Assembly: GCA_965202805.1 (NCBI GenBank)
Contig: OZ241869.1
Span: 2,368,001-2,432,000, forward strand
Direction of reading: 5' to 3'
Length of the DNA: 64,000 nucleotides
Origin: Longimicrobiales bacterium
GTDB taxonomy: Bacteria > Gemmatimonadota > Gemmatimonadetes > Longimicrobiales > Gaopeijiaceae
This document shows positions 28,144 to 37,547 of the stretch, piece by piece. The notes under the pieces are model-generated. The model saw only the letters and a list, made by a program, of their open reading frames with translations, was not told the DNA's origin and did not search any database. Every line of letters starts with the position of its first letter. Within the stretch, counting starts at the first letter, position 1. A program made the translations under genes and the position numbers.

Positions 28144-28977
28144 TTGAAGCCCGAATCCCTCAAAGTCGCCCTCATCACCGACGTCTTCCCCCACCGGGAC
28201 GAGGAAGAGCGGCTGCTGGCCCGTCTGCGCGAGGCGAAGGCGCGTGGAGCGAAGCTTGCGGTCCTCCCCGAATTGCCGCTGAACCGCTGGGCGCCGGCAA
28301 GCCAGGTCCCCTCTGACGGCGACGCCGAGCCTCCATACGGTCCCCGGGAGAGCGCCATGGCCGTGGCTGCGCGCGCGACCGGGCTGGCGGTGCTGGGCGG
28401 CGCCATAGTGCGCGACCCGGGGAACGGTCGCCGGCACAACACCGCAGTGCTCTTCGACTCCACGGGCGAGGAGTTGCTGCGCTACCGGAAAATCCACCTG
28501 CCCGACGAGGAGGGGTACTGGGAGGCGCACCACTACGAGGCGGGCGAGGAATTGCAGGCGCCGGTTGACGTGGGCGGATTCGGCATCGGGGTGCAGGTGT
28601 GCTCGGACGCCAACCGCCCCCAGGGGTGCAACGCGCTCGCGGCCATGGGCGCGGACGCCATTCTCCTGCCACGCGCCACCCCGGCGGAAACCTACCCGCG
28701 CTGGCGGCTGGTGCTGCGGGCGAACGCGGTCACCAGCTGCGCCTACGTCGTATCGGTCAACCGGCCCGGCACTCGGTCGCAGGGGGTCATCGGAGGACCG
28801 TCGATGGTCGCGGGCCCGGCGGGTGACGTGCTGCTCGAAACCACCGACCCGGTGGCCACCATCACGCTGGAAAAGGCGGTCCTGGAGCGCGCTCGCAAGG
28901 AGTATCCGGGATACCTCGACGTGCGGCCCAGGGTCTACGAGCACGCGTGGCGGCAGGCACGGAAGACCTCCAACTGA
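28144..28977 (+). CDS. Carbon-nitrogen hydrolase (nitrilase/amidase family)
   Basis: Catalytic triad contexts LPEL, YRKIHLP and VCSD. Confidence 0.9.
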   Translation: MKPESLKVALITDVFPHRDEEERLLARLREAKARGAKLAVLPELPLNRWAPASQVPSDGDAEPPYGPRESAMAVAARATGLAVLGGAIVRDPGNGRRHNTAVLFDSTGEELLRYRKIHLPDEEGYWEAHHYEAGEELQAPVDVGGFGIGVQVCSDANRPQGCNALAAMGADAILLPRATPAETYPRWRLVLRANAVTSCAYVVSVNRPGTRSQGVIGGPSMVAGPAGDVLLETTDPVATITLEKAVLERARKEYPGYLDVRPRVYEHAWRQARKTSN

Positions 28978-29150
28978 CCCCATTCCGCCATTCCATCGCC
29001 CCGCGGTAGAAACGAGCTTTCGACTCATCCGGCAGCGAAGTGCGTCGACTTCAGGCAATGAAGCCCTGTCGTACGGCGGCGACGCCTCGCGGGCGCAATG
29101 AGGATGTCCAGCGGGAGTCCTGACCTTGCTGCGATGGAAGAGGGGGCCAC

Positions 29151-29807
29151 ATGTTTGATGCCATGGAACCGATCGGGCTTGATACGCTTAAGGCAACCAG
29201 GGCTCTGCAGGCGGCCGGCTTTGACGCGGCCCAGGCGGAGGTCCTGGTTACCGTGTTCGGCGGCCCTGTCCCGGGCAACGTCGCCACCAGAGAGGACTTT
29301 CGGGATCTCCGCGCCGAATTCCGCGACTTCCGAACCGAAATCAAGGAAGACTTCGAACAGCTTCGTGTCGAAACCAGGACCGAGATCGCCAGCCTCCGAA
29401 CCGAGCTCAAGACCGAGATCGCCAGTGTCCGAACCGACCTCAAGACCGAGATCGCCAGCCTCCGAACCGACCTCAAGACCGAGATCGCCAGTGTCCGAAC
29501 CGAGTTCAAGGAAGACTTCGAACAGCTTCGCGTTGAAACCAGGACCGAAATCGAAGGCGTCCGAACCGAGATCGAGGGCGTCCGAACCGAGCTCAAGGCC
29601 GAAACCGGACAGCTGCGCGATGAGTCGGCTGGGATGAGAAGCGACATTGCGCGACTGAGCCGTGAAGTAGGGGACATTCGGCGTGATGTGGCGGAACTCC
29701 GGCGGGGGCTCGACGAACACGTCACGAAGGCGCAGATGTACGGCTTGCTGCTCGTTCAGGCGACGGTAATCGTTGGCCTGATCGTTGGATTACAACAACT
29801 GCTCTAG
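29151..29807 (+). CDS. DUF1640/CCDC90-like coiled-coil protein (paralogue of 24187-24741)
   Basis: Same MFDAM..GLDTLKATR head and KAQMY.LLLVQATVIV tail; LKTEIAS(L/V)RT(D/E) repeats. Confidence 0.85.
   Translation: MFDAMEPIGLDTLKATRALQAAGFDAAQAEVLVTVFGGPVPGNVATREDFRDLRAEFRDFRTEIKEDFEQLRVETRTEIASLRTELKTEIASVRTDLKTEIASLRTDLKTEIASVRTEFKEDFEQLRVETRTEIEGVRTEIEGVRTELKAETGQLRDESAGMRSDIARLSREVGDIRRDVAELRRGLDEHVTKAQMYGLLLVQATVIVGLIVGLQQLL
29340..29600 (+). repeat. Nested intragenic repeats (33-bp x ~4, ~43-bp block x2, 21-bp x2)
   Basis: GACCGAGATCGCCAG.. with period 33; TCAAGGAAGACTTCGAACAGCTTCG at 29341 and 29506; EIEGVRT twice. Confidence 0.85.
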
Positions 29808-29816
29808 CCGCCGCCT

Positions 29817-31427
29817 CTACCCGAAGCGCACCCCCTGCGCCAGCGGCAGTTCCGGGCTCCAGTTGACCGTGTTGGTCTGGCGCCGCATGTAGGCCTTCCA
29901 CGCGTCGGAGCCCGACTCGCGGCCGCCCCCGGTCTCCTTCTCGCCCCCGAAGGCGCCCCCGATCTCCGCGCCGCTGGTGCCGATGTTGACGTTGGCGATG
30001 CCGCAGTCGCTGCCACGATGGGAGAGGAAGAACTCCGCCTCGCGCATATGCTCGGTGAAGATCGCCGACGAGAGCCCCTGGGGGACGTCGTTGTGCTGGG
30101 CGATGGCCTCGGCGACTTCGTCCACAGCCTGCGCCGGGGACGCATCCGCGCTCCCGTACCCCAGGATGTAGAGGATGGGCGCGAAGGTCTCCTCCTGCAC
30201 GATGTCGAACCCGTTGCGCGCGCGGGCGATGCAGGGGGTGACGTAGTGGCCGCCGGGGAAGTCCGGGCCGTCCAGCCGCTCGCCCCCGCAGAGGATATCG
30301 CCTCCCTCCTCCGTGACCCGCCGCACCGCGCCCTCCAGGTCGGCGACCGCCTGGTGGTTCACTACCGGGCCCATGAGCGTCGCCGCGTCGCGCGGGTCGC
30401 CGATGCGCACGTCCCCGTAGGCGGACACCAGCCGCCGCTCCAGCTCCTCGCGGATGGATTCGTGCGCGATGATGCGGCGGGTGCTCGTGCAGCGCTGCCC
30501 CGCCGTGCCGACCGATCCGAAGAGGATGGCGGGGAGCACCAGATCCATGTTGGCGTGCGGGGTTACGATGATGGCGTTGTTGCCGCCCAGCTCGAGGATG
30601 GTGCGCCCCAGCCGCTTGCCCACCACCTCAGCCACCCGGTAGCCCATCCGGCAGCTGCCGGTGGCGGAAACCAGCGGGATGCGCCGGTCGTGCAGGAGCC
30701 GGTCGCCCACGGTGGAGCCCCGCCCCACCACCAGCGAGAAGATGGCCGGATCGTAGCCGTTCTCGCGCGCGACCTCTCCCGCGATGCGGGTGCACGCGAT
30801 CGCCGTCAGCGGAGTCTGACTCGACGGCTTCCACAGCGTGGCGTCCCCACACACCGCCGCGATGGCCGCGTTCCAGCTCCACACCGCGACCGGGAAATTG
30901 AAGGCCGAAATCACGCCCACCACGCCCAACGGGTGCCACTGCTCGAACATGCGGTGGTCCGGGCGCTCGGAGTGCATGGAGAGCCCGTAGAGCTGGCGCG
31001 AGAGACCGGTCGCGAAGTCGCAGATGTCGATCATCTCCTGCACTTCGCCCTCGCCCTCGGTGAGGATCTTCCCCATCTCGAGGGTGACCAGCGCGCCCAG
31101 CTCCGCCTTGTGCCGGCGCAGCCGGTCGCCGATCTGGCGCACGACCTCGCCGCGCTTGGGAGCCGGCACCGTCCGCCACTGAAGGAACGCCTCGTGCGCC
31201 CGTGCGACGATGCGGTCGTACTCCTGCTCGGTGACCTGGCGCACGGTCGCGATGCGCGAGCCGTCGATGGGGGTATGGACCTCGAGCTCGGGCCCGGAAC
31301 CCATCCACTCGCCGGCGAACCCGCCCGGATTCACATCTCCGAGCCCCAGCGCCGCCAGGAGGCGGGCGGTGCTCTCCGAGGCGCCAGCCTGGGTCATGGT
31401 CGCCTGAGTCATTGTTGCGGGATTCAT
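29817..31427 (-). CDS. Aldehyde dehydrogenase family 7 (piperideine-6-carboxylate/AASA dehydrogenase-like)
   Basis: ISAFNFPVAVW, LELGGNNA, GTAGQRCT, GAEIGGAFGGEKETGGGRESGSDAWK; start could be 31427, 31412 or 31397. Confidence 0.93.
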   Translation of the reverse strand: MNPATMTQATMTQAGASESTARLLAALGLGDVNPGGFAGEWMGSGPELEVHTPIDGSRIATVRQVTEQEYDRIVARAHEAFLQWRTVPAPKRGEVVRQIGDRLRRHKAELGALVTLEMGKILTEGEGEVQEMIDICDFATGLSRQLYGLSMHSERPDHRMFEQWHPLGVVGVISAFNFPVAVWSWNAAIAAVCGDATLWKPSSQTPLTAIACTRIAGEVARENGYDPAIFSLVVGRGSTVGDRLLHDRRIPLVSATGSCRMGYRVAEVVGKRLGRTILELGGNNAIIVTPHANMDLVLPAILFGSVGTAGQRCTSTRRIIAHESIREELERRLVSAYGDVRIGDPRDAATLMGPVVNHQAVADLEGAVRRVTEEGGDILCGGERLDGPDFPGGHYVTPCIARARNGFDIVQEETFAPILYILGYGSADASPAQAVDEVAEAIAQHNDVPQGLSSAIFTEHMREAEFFLSHRGSDCGIANVNIGTSGAEIGGAFGGEKETGGGRESGSDAWKAYMRRQTNTVNWSPELPLAQGVRFG

Positions 31428-31501
31428 CTTCGTTCTGTGGTCCTCGGGTCGGTTTACGGATTCGTTGCCACCACCCTCACGTAACGTCAGGGTTGTCTCG
31501 G

Positions 31502-32317
31502 TTATCGCCCCTGCGTCAGTTCGCGGATCTGGCGCACCGCCGCCTCCACCTTGAGCTGGATGCCCATTCGCCCGTAGACCACGGAAGCCTTGGTGGGGTC
31601 GCCGGAGACGCCGCTGCCCTCGTACCCGCCTCCCGGCGCCAACTCTCCCTGGCGGATGTGCTCGGGCGCGATGTAGAGAAGCTGGGACGTGTCGCTGATG
31701 CCGGCGTGTCCGCCGATGGTCGCCGCGTCGTAGCCGTGCTCCTCCATGAGCCAGTCGCGGAAACCGTTGCCCGAGTAGTAATCGCCCACGAAGTGGACGC
31801 GGCCCTGCTTCCCCGCGGCCCCCCACTCCTCGTTCAGCATCTCCGACACCGTGCGCATGCCGTTCTGGTTCCCGCCGCTGTCGCCGATGAACACGATGTC
31901 GGTGAAGCCGTGCACCTCGAGGCTGCGCGCCGCGTATTCGAGCAGCTTCATGAAGTGCTCGTTGGGAAGGGTGATCGCCCCGGCGTAGCGCATGTGTCCG
32001 GTGGGCCCGTCGGGCCCGTCGATGGCGCCTTCGGGAACATAGGCGATGACCGGCGCCACCAGCGCGCTGCCCAACTCGCGCGCGATCAGGTCCGACGCGT
32101 GGTTGATGATGAACTTGTGCTTGCCGAGCACCATGTGGGGCCCGTTCTGCTCCGTGCCGGCGGTGGGCACGATGATGGTGGTGACTCCCTCGTCGATGGC
32201 GGCCCGCACCTCGGTCCAGGTCAGCTCGTCGAGGAAGACGGTGTTGGGCCGCTGCGCGGCGGCGGCGCTCGCGGTCACGAGCACGGCGAGCGCGGCGAGA
32301 ATCGGCGTGCGAATCAT
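31502..32317 (-). CDS. Creatininase family protein with signal peptide
   Basis: LTWTEV, GTEQNGPHM.LGKH, GHAG..DTS; AAAAAQ signal cleavage site; GGAGG RBS. Confidence 0.88.
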   Translation of the reverse strand: MIRTPILAALAVLVTASAAAAQRPNTVFLDELTWTEVRAAIDEGVTTIIVPTAGTEQNGPHMVLGKHKFIINHASDLIARELGSALVAPVIAYVPEGAIDGPDGPTGHMRYAGAITLPNEHFMKLLEYAARSLEVHGFTDIVFIGDSGGNQNGMRTVSEMLNEEWGAAGKQGRVHFVGDYYSGNGFRDWLMEEHGYDAATIGGHAGISDTSQLLYIAPEHIRQGELAPGGGYEGSGVSGDPTKASVVYGRMGIQLKVEAAVRQIRELTQGR

Positions 32318-32352
32318 TGGGGGGCCTCCTGGAGTGCGCGTAAGCGATGTCG

Positions 32353-33339
32353 TCACGGCTGTAGAATGGTGCATCCCTGCGTCTGCCGCGACTCCAGCGC
32401 GCGATGGGCTTCAGCAGCTTCCGAGAGAGGAAAGCGCTGGCCGATGGTCAGCCCGATGCGGCCGGCCCGAATGTGTCCGAGCAGTTCGCCGGAGGCTTCT
32501 TCCAGGTCCTCGCGGCGCTCGATGTAGGGCTTGAGCGAGGGACGGGCCACGCTGAGCCCCTTTGCGCTCAGCCGCAGCAGGTTGAGCGGAGGCACGGGGC
32601 CGGAGGCGTTGCCGAAGGTGATCATCATGCCGAAGCGGGCCAGGCACTCCATCGAGCCCTCGAAGGTGGCCTTGCCGACCCCGTCGAAGACCACCGGGAC
32701 ACCCCGTCCGCCGGTGATGTCGCGCACCCGCTCGACGAAATCCTCTTCCTTGTAGAGGATGACGTGGTCGGTGCCGTGCGCCCGCGCCAGGCGGCCCTTT
32801 TCGGGGCTGCCGGCGGTGCCGATCACGGTGGCGCCCAGCGCCTTGCACCACTGGCCGAGGATCGTGCCGACTCCGCCCGCGGCCGCGTGCACCAGCACGG
32901 TCTCGCCGGCGCGCACCCGGTAGGTGCGGCGGCAGAGATACCACGCGGTCATGCCCTTCAGCATGGCTGCCGCAGCGGCCTCGTAGTCGACGCCGTCGGG
33001 CATCGCGACCAGCTGGTCGGCGGGCATCACGCGCCGCTCGCAGTAGCCGCCCAGCACGCTCCCGTAGGCGACCCGGTCGCCGGGCCGGAAGGTCGGTCCG
33101 TCGGCGGCCGCCGGCCCCGCCGCCTCGACCACGCCGGCCGCCTCCATCCCGAGCACGGCCGGCAGCGACGGCACCGGGTAGAGCCCGCTCCGGTGATAGG
33201 TGTCGATGAAGTTCAGCCCGACCGCCTCCTGCCGGACGAGCACCTCGCCCGGCCCCGGGTCGGACAGGGGCACTTGTTCCCAGCGCATCATCTCCGGGCC
33301 GCCGAGCCCGTGGATGCGGATGGCCATGGTGGTGGTCAT
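32353..33339 (-). CDS. qor: NADPH:quinone oxidoreductase (zeta-crystallin/MDR family)
   Basis: GLNFIDTYHRSGLY, HAAAGGVG, VVFDGVGK, FGNASG. Confidence 0.93.
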   Translation of the reverse strand: MTTTMAIRIHGLGGPEMMRWEQVPLSDPGPGEVLVRQEAVGLNFIDTYHRSGLYPVPSLPAVLGMEAAGVVEAAGPAAADGPTFRPGDRVAYGSVLGGYCERRVMPADQLVAMPDGVDYEAAAAAMLKGMTAWYLCRRTYRVRAGETVLVHAAAGGVGTILGQWCKALGATVIGTAGSPEKGRLARAHGTDHVILYKEEDFVERVRDITGGRGVPVVFDGVGKATFEGSMECLARFGMMITFGNASGPVPPLNLLRLSAKGLSVARPSLKPYIERREDLEEASGELLGHIRAGRIGLTIGQRFPLSEAAEAHRALESRQTQGCTILQP

Positions 33340-33367
33340 ATCGGTGTGCTCAGGATCAGGGCCGGGA

Positions 33368-33709
33368 TCACGGAAGTTCAGCGATGCGCGCCAGACCGGC
33401 CCGGGACGCGCGCACCAGAGCTTTCAGCGTATCCCGCGGCGACTCGCCCATCTCCAGCTCCAGCACGCGTTCATAGAGCTGGGTGGCGAGTTCGATGTCG
33501 CCCCGGCCCTCCGCCAGCCCCGCCCTGCGTACCATCTCCGAGGGCGGATCCTCCGGTCGTTCGGCGGCGGGGTCGCGCACCAGGTTCGTCACCAGCGGCA
33601 GCGATAGCACGATCAGCCCGATGACCAGCAGCACGCGCCCGAGCTTGCGGTTGCGCCGGCGAAGCTCGACTCGGCGCTGCTGCGGTGACTCGGTCGGCTG
33701 AGAGGACAT
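33368..33709 (-). CDS. Small single-TM hypothetical protein
   Basis: Basic N-terminus, one hydrophobic helix, short helical (TPR-like) tail. Confidence 0.6.
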   Translation of the reverse strand: MSSQPTESPQQRRVELRRRNRKLGRVLLVIGLIVLSLPLVTNLVRDPAAERPEDPPSEMVRRAGLAEGRGDIELATQLYERVLELEMGESPRDTLKALVRASRAGLARIAELP

Positions 33710-33722
33710 GTTTGCGTGGATT

Positions 33723-33825
33723 GCGGCTGCAAAGCGCGAGGAAGCGGCTCGCGTCCCGGCGTGCGGGAGGCGTCAGCGGGCCTCCGCCAAGGGGAAGACT
33801 ACGAGCCAACTCTCGCGCTTGCCGC
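33723..33825. other. Long imperfect rod-like hairpin in an intergenic region
   Basis: Nested pairings GCGGC/GCCGC, AAGCGCGAG/CTCGCGCTT, GGCTCG/CGAGCC, GGAGGC/GCCTCC. Confidence 0.55.
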
Positions 33826-33865
33826 GCCAGGGATCAAGAGCAGGCTCAGCCGGAACCTCCTCCCT

Positions 33866-34645
33866 TCATTGCCAGCCGATGGGCATGAGCGCCCGGGGCT
33901 TCTCGGCCATGCGCTGCATGAAGCCGTAGGTATAGGCCCGGATTTCCGCGCCGTATGAGAACACCTCGATCTGGTAGATCTGGGAGGGCGGATAACTCTC
34001 GAGTTCGTCCAGTCCGCGAATGGCCGGGATTTCATCGACGTACACCCGCGGGCTTACAATGCGTCCTCGTCTGCGGACGCAGCGCCATGCGGTCCAGAAG
34101 GTCGGACACGGAACCATCCGCACGAAGGCTTGAGATCGCAGAAACTCGAGGGCGTTGGCCGAAGCCGTCCTCAACATCCGCTCCTGATCGTACACGCGCG
34201 CGAAAAACGGTACAGCCCGCCGACGGGAGCGAAAACGCCTCTCCATCGTGCTGATGTTGTCGGCCACCGTCGTGACGCCATCGAGGAGGATCGGACGGGG
34301 TGTGAGCTCGATCTCGACGAAGATGCTGTCTGCGAGCATCTCGACCGCTGCCGATATTTCCTCGTATCCGAACTGGACTACGGCCAGAACCTCAAAGCCC
34401 GCGGCAACATCCTCGAACCGGAACCTGCCAAGCGAGTCCGTAAGCGCGCCGTAGTTCCGCTCCTCCAGATGGACTGCGGCCCCGGGGATCGGAATCCGGG
34501 TCAACTCATCGTAGACAACACCGTGCATCAGCACGGGGATGGCCGTGCGGTCCGCTTCCTGCGCCCCGGTTGTGGCGGGCAGACCGAGGGAGCACGCCAT
34601 GGCCAGGGTGCAACGGACCAGCGCCCGGGAATCGCCCCTTCGCAT
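33866..34645 (-). CDS. Secreted carboxypeptidase-regulatory-like domain + plug-like domain protein, array copy A (short loop)
   Basis: Signal peptide; G.V.D....PIPGAAV...TDS.G.F.F; QFGY; RVYVDE...IEVF. Confidence 0.8.
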   Translation of the reverse strand: MRRGDSRALVRCTLAMACSLGLPATTGAQEADRTAIPVLMHGVVYDELTRIPIPGAAVHLEERNYGALTDSLGRFRFEDVAAGFEVLAVVQFGYEEISAAVEMLADSIFVEIELTPRPILLDGVTTVADNISTMERRFRSRRRAVPFFARVYDQERMLRTASANALEFLRSQAFVRMVPCPTFWTAWRCVRRRGRIVSPRVYVDEIPAIRGLDELESYPPSQIYQIEVFSYGAEIRAYTYGFMQRMAEKPRALMPIGWQ

Positions 34646-34659
34646 CGTTGATGGAGGCG

Positions 34660-35547
34660 CTACGGCCAGAGACTGATGGGGATCAGCGCCATGGGTCTCT
34701 CGGCCATGCGCTGCATGAAGTTATAGGTGTAGGCCCGGATCTCGGCGCCCTGGGAAAAGACCTCCAGCGCGTAGATCTGCGCCGTCGGATAACTCTCGAG
34801 TACGTCCAGGCCGCCGATGGCCGGCACCTCGTCGATGTACACCTTCGGGCTGATCGTTCTTCCCCGGCGGATGATGCAGTTCGTCGACATTGCGCCGGTC
34901 AGCCGGGAGATTCCGTGCCAGCCGAGGTCCCGGGTGGAGTTCCCCGTTCCGAAGATGCCGGTGCCCGCGGGACACGGAACGGGAAAGTAGCGGGTATCCG
35001 AACGCAGGAACTCAAGAGCGTTGGACGACGCGCTGCGGAGCAGACGTTCCTGGCCGAACGCGCGGGCCTGATAAGGGACGGCCCGCCGCCGCGTGCGCAT
35101 GCGCCTCTCCATCGTGCTTATGTTGTCGACCACCGCAGTGACGCCGTCGAGCAGGATGGGCTGGGGCGTGAGTTCGATCTCGATGAAGGCACCGTCCTCG
35201 GGCACCTCGACCGGCGCCGCCGTCTCCTCGTATCCGAACTGGATTGCGGCGACAAGCTGGGGCCCCGGGAAGACGTCCGCGAAGCGGAAGACACCGGCGG
35301 AGTCCGACAGCACACCGTACCCTTCGTCGTCCAGATACACCGCGGCCCCCGCCACGGCGGCGCCCGTGAACGCATCGTAGACGATTCCGTGCAGCGGCAC
35401 GCGGATGGACGAGGGCTCCGCCTCCTGCGCATCGACTGCCGCGGGAAGCAGGAGGCAGACCATCGCCGGGAGGAGGCAAACGGCGGGCCTGGTCACGACG
35501 CCCACCCACCTTTGATACCATCGTCCTTCCGGTGTGCTTCGGAGCAT
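34660..35547 (-). CDS. Same family, array copy B (long loop)
   Basis: Paralogue with shared C-terminus AEIRAYTYNFMQRMAE. Confidence 0.8.
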   Translation of the reverse strand: MLRSTPEGRWYQRWVGVVTRPAVCLLPAMVCLLLPAAVDAQEAEPSSIRVPLHGIVYDAFTGAAVAGAAVYLDDEGYGVLSDSAGVFRFADVFPGPQLVAAIQFGYEETAAPVEVPEDGAFIEIELTPQPILLDGVTAVVDNISTMERRMRTRRRAVPYQARAFGQERLLRSASSNALEFLRSDTRYFPVPCPAGTGIFGTGNSTRDLGWHGISRLTGAMSTNCIIRRGRTISPKVYIDEVPAIGGLDVLESYPTAQIYALEVFSQGAEIRAYTYNFMQRMAERPMALIPISLWP

Positions 35548-35561
35548 CTCGTAACCGCCCG

Positions 35562-36362
35562 TTACGGCCAGAGGTTCAAGGGGACGAGCACCATGGGTTT
35601 CTCGGCCATGCGCTGCATGAAGTTGTAGGTATACGCCCGGATCTCGGCGCCCTGAGAATACACCTCCAGCGCGTAGATCTGCGCTGTGGGGTAACTCTCG
35701 AGTTCGTCCATCCCCCCGATGGCCGGCATTTCATCAATGTACACCCTGGGATTGATCATGCGTCCCCGTCTGATGACGCAGTATCCGACCGGGCAAGGGA
35801 CCGGGCCATACTGGGTCTCCCGCAACAGGAAATCGAGGATGTTGGACGACGCGCTGCGCAACAGCCGTTCCTGGCCGAACGCGCGAGCCTGGTACGGGAC
35901 GGCCCGCCGCCGTGTCTGCATACGCCTCTCCATGGTGCTGATGTTGTCGACCACCGCGGTGACGCCGTCGAGCAGGATGGGCTGGGGCGTGAGCTCGATC
36001 TCGATGAAGGCGCCGTCCTCGGGCACCTCGACCGGCGCCGCCGTCTCCTCGTATCCGAACTGTATTGCAGCGACAAGCTGGGATCCCGGGGGAACGTCCG
36101 CGAAGCGGAAGACACCCGCGGAGTCCGACAGCACGCCGTACCCCTCGCCGTTCAGATACACCGCGGCGCCCGCCACGGCGTTGCCCGTGAACGCATCGTA
36201 GACGATACCGTGGAGCGGGACGCGGGCGGCTGTGCTATCCGGGTCCTGCCCCGCAACGCTGGCGGGAAGGCCGGGCAGCGCAAACAGAATGGTTACTGCC
36301 AACGCGCACAATCGGCTGGCTCCCCTGCGGTTCCGAAGTTCTGGCTGGCGCGGTCGATTCAT
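35562..36362 (-). CDS. Same family, array copy C (short loop)
   Basis: Central part nearly identical in DNA to copy B. Confidence 0.8.
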   Translation of the reverse strand: MNRPRQPELRNRRGASRLCALAVTILFALPGLPASVAGQDPDSTAARVPLHGIVYDAFTGNAVAGAAVYLNGEGYGVLSDSAGVFRFADVPPGSQLVAAIQFGYEETAAPVEVPEDGAFIEIELTPQPILLDGVTAVVDNISTMERRMQTRRRAVPYQARAFGQERLLRSASSNILDFLLRETQYGPVPCPVGYCVIRRGRMINPRVYIDEMPAIGGMDELESYPTAQIYALEVYSQGAEIRAYTYNFMQRMAEKPMVLVPLNLWP

Positions 36363-36371
36363 CGGCTACCG

Positions 36372-37259
36372 TCACTCCCGGACATCGACGGGGCCCAGCG
36401 CAACCGGTTCCTCGGCCATGCGCTGCATGAAGCGGTAGGTGTAGGCCCGAATCTCGGTGCCGTGTGAATACACCTCCAACAGATAGATCTGGGACGGTGA
36501 ATAGCTGGACAGTGCGTCCAGTCCGCCGAGGGCCGGTATTTCATCGACGTACACCCTCGGGCGGACGACCTGTCCCCTTCTGAGGACGCATTGATCCGAC
36601 ATCGCTTCGGGCTCCTCGCGGACGCCGTGCCATCCCCTGCGAAGGATGGCAAACCCGGTCCCGAAGATTCCGAGGCGGAAGGGACACGCGACCGGGCGAA
36701 AGCGGGTTTCGTATTCCAGAAACTCCAGGGTTGTGGTCGAAGGCGTCCGCAACATCCGCTCCTGATCGAACACGCGCGTAAAAACCGGCGTGGCCTGCCT
36801 CCGGTTGAGGAAACGCCTCTCCATCGTGTTGATGTTGTCGACCACCGCGGTGACGCCCTCGAGCATGATGGGACGGGGCGTGAGCTCGATCTCGATATCG
36901 GCGTCTTCGGACAGTTCGACAGGTGCCACTATCTCCTCGTACCCGAACTGGACCGTCGTGATGACCTCGGTGCCGCCAGGGACACCAGCGAAGTGGAACC
37001 TGCCGTGTGAGTCGGTGAGAACGCCGTACTTCTCCCGTTCCAGATAGACCGCGGCTTCAGGGACTGCGATGCCGGTCAGCGCGTCCAGGACGACCCCCCG
37101 GAGAGTGACGCCAACAGGACCGGGCTCGTCCTCCTGCGCATGGATGCCAGGGACCAGGAGGCAGCCCATCGCCATCAGAATGGCCGCACCGACGACGCGT
37201 CGCTGCAACCCTGCCGTTGTGCGTCGCTCCTCCCCTGGCCTCGTGCAAGAACGCATCAA
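36372..37259 (-). CDS. Same family, array copy D (long loop)
   Basis: Paralogue with signal peptide and shared C-terminus. Confidence 0.8.
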   Translation of the reverse strand: MMRSCTRPGEERRTTAGLQRRVVGAAILMAMGCLLVPGIHAQEDEPGPVGVTLRGVVLDALTGIAVPEAAVYLEREKYGVLTDSHGRFHFAGVPGGTEVITTVQFGYEEIVAPVELSEDADIEIELTPRPIMLEGVTAVVDNINTMERRFLNRRQATPVFTRVFDQERMLRTPSTTTLEFLEYETRFRPVACPFRLGIFGTGFAILRRGWHGVREEPEAMSDQCVLRRGQVVRPRVYVDEIPALGGLDALSSYSPSQIYLLEVYSHGTEIRAYTYRFMQRMAEEPVALGPVDVRE

Positions 37260-37547
37260 AGTCGTTTCGCTCCAGCGCCTGGATCCGCCTTCGTCTACCT
37301 GGGTTCCCGCAGTCTTGCTACAGAGTGCCCCGACCCGTCATTCGCTGCAAGTTCCGCGCCGAATTCTGGACTTGCTTGAACACCTGCGCGCACGCCGGAT
37401 GCCCTCGTACTCAGGCCACTCCGGACAATCGCCGGCGCATGCCTTCCGGCAACCACGACTCAATGCGAATCCCTGCAAATCCGGCACTTGCTGTGCGATT
37501 TGCATGGTTGAACAGGATTGTCGGGGATGAAACCCGCGGCGTTGCTC

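Noticed and set aside
33866..37259. Diversity-generating retroelement (TR/VR pairs)
   Set aside because: No reverse transcriptase in the window; differences include indels and are not visibly adenine-restricted; all copies are full genes.
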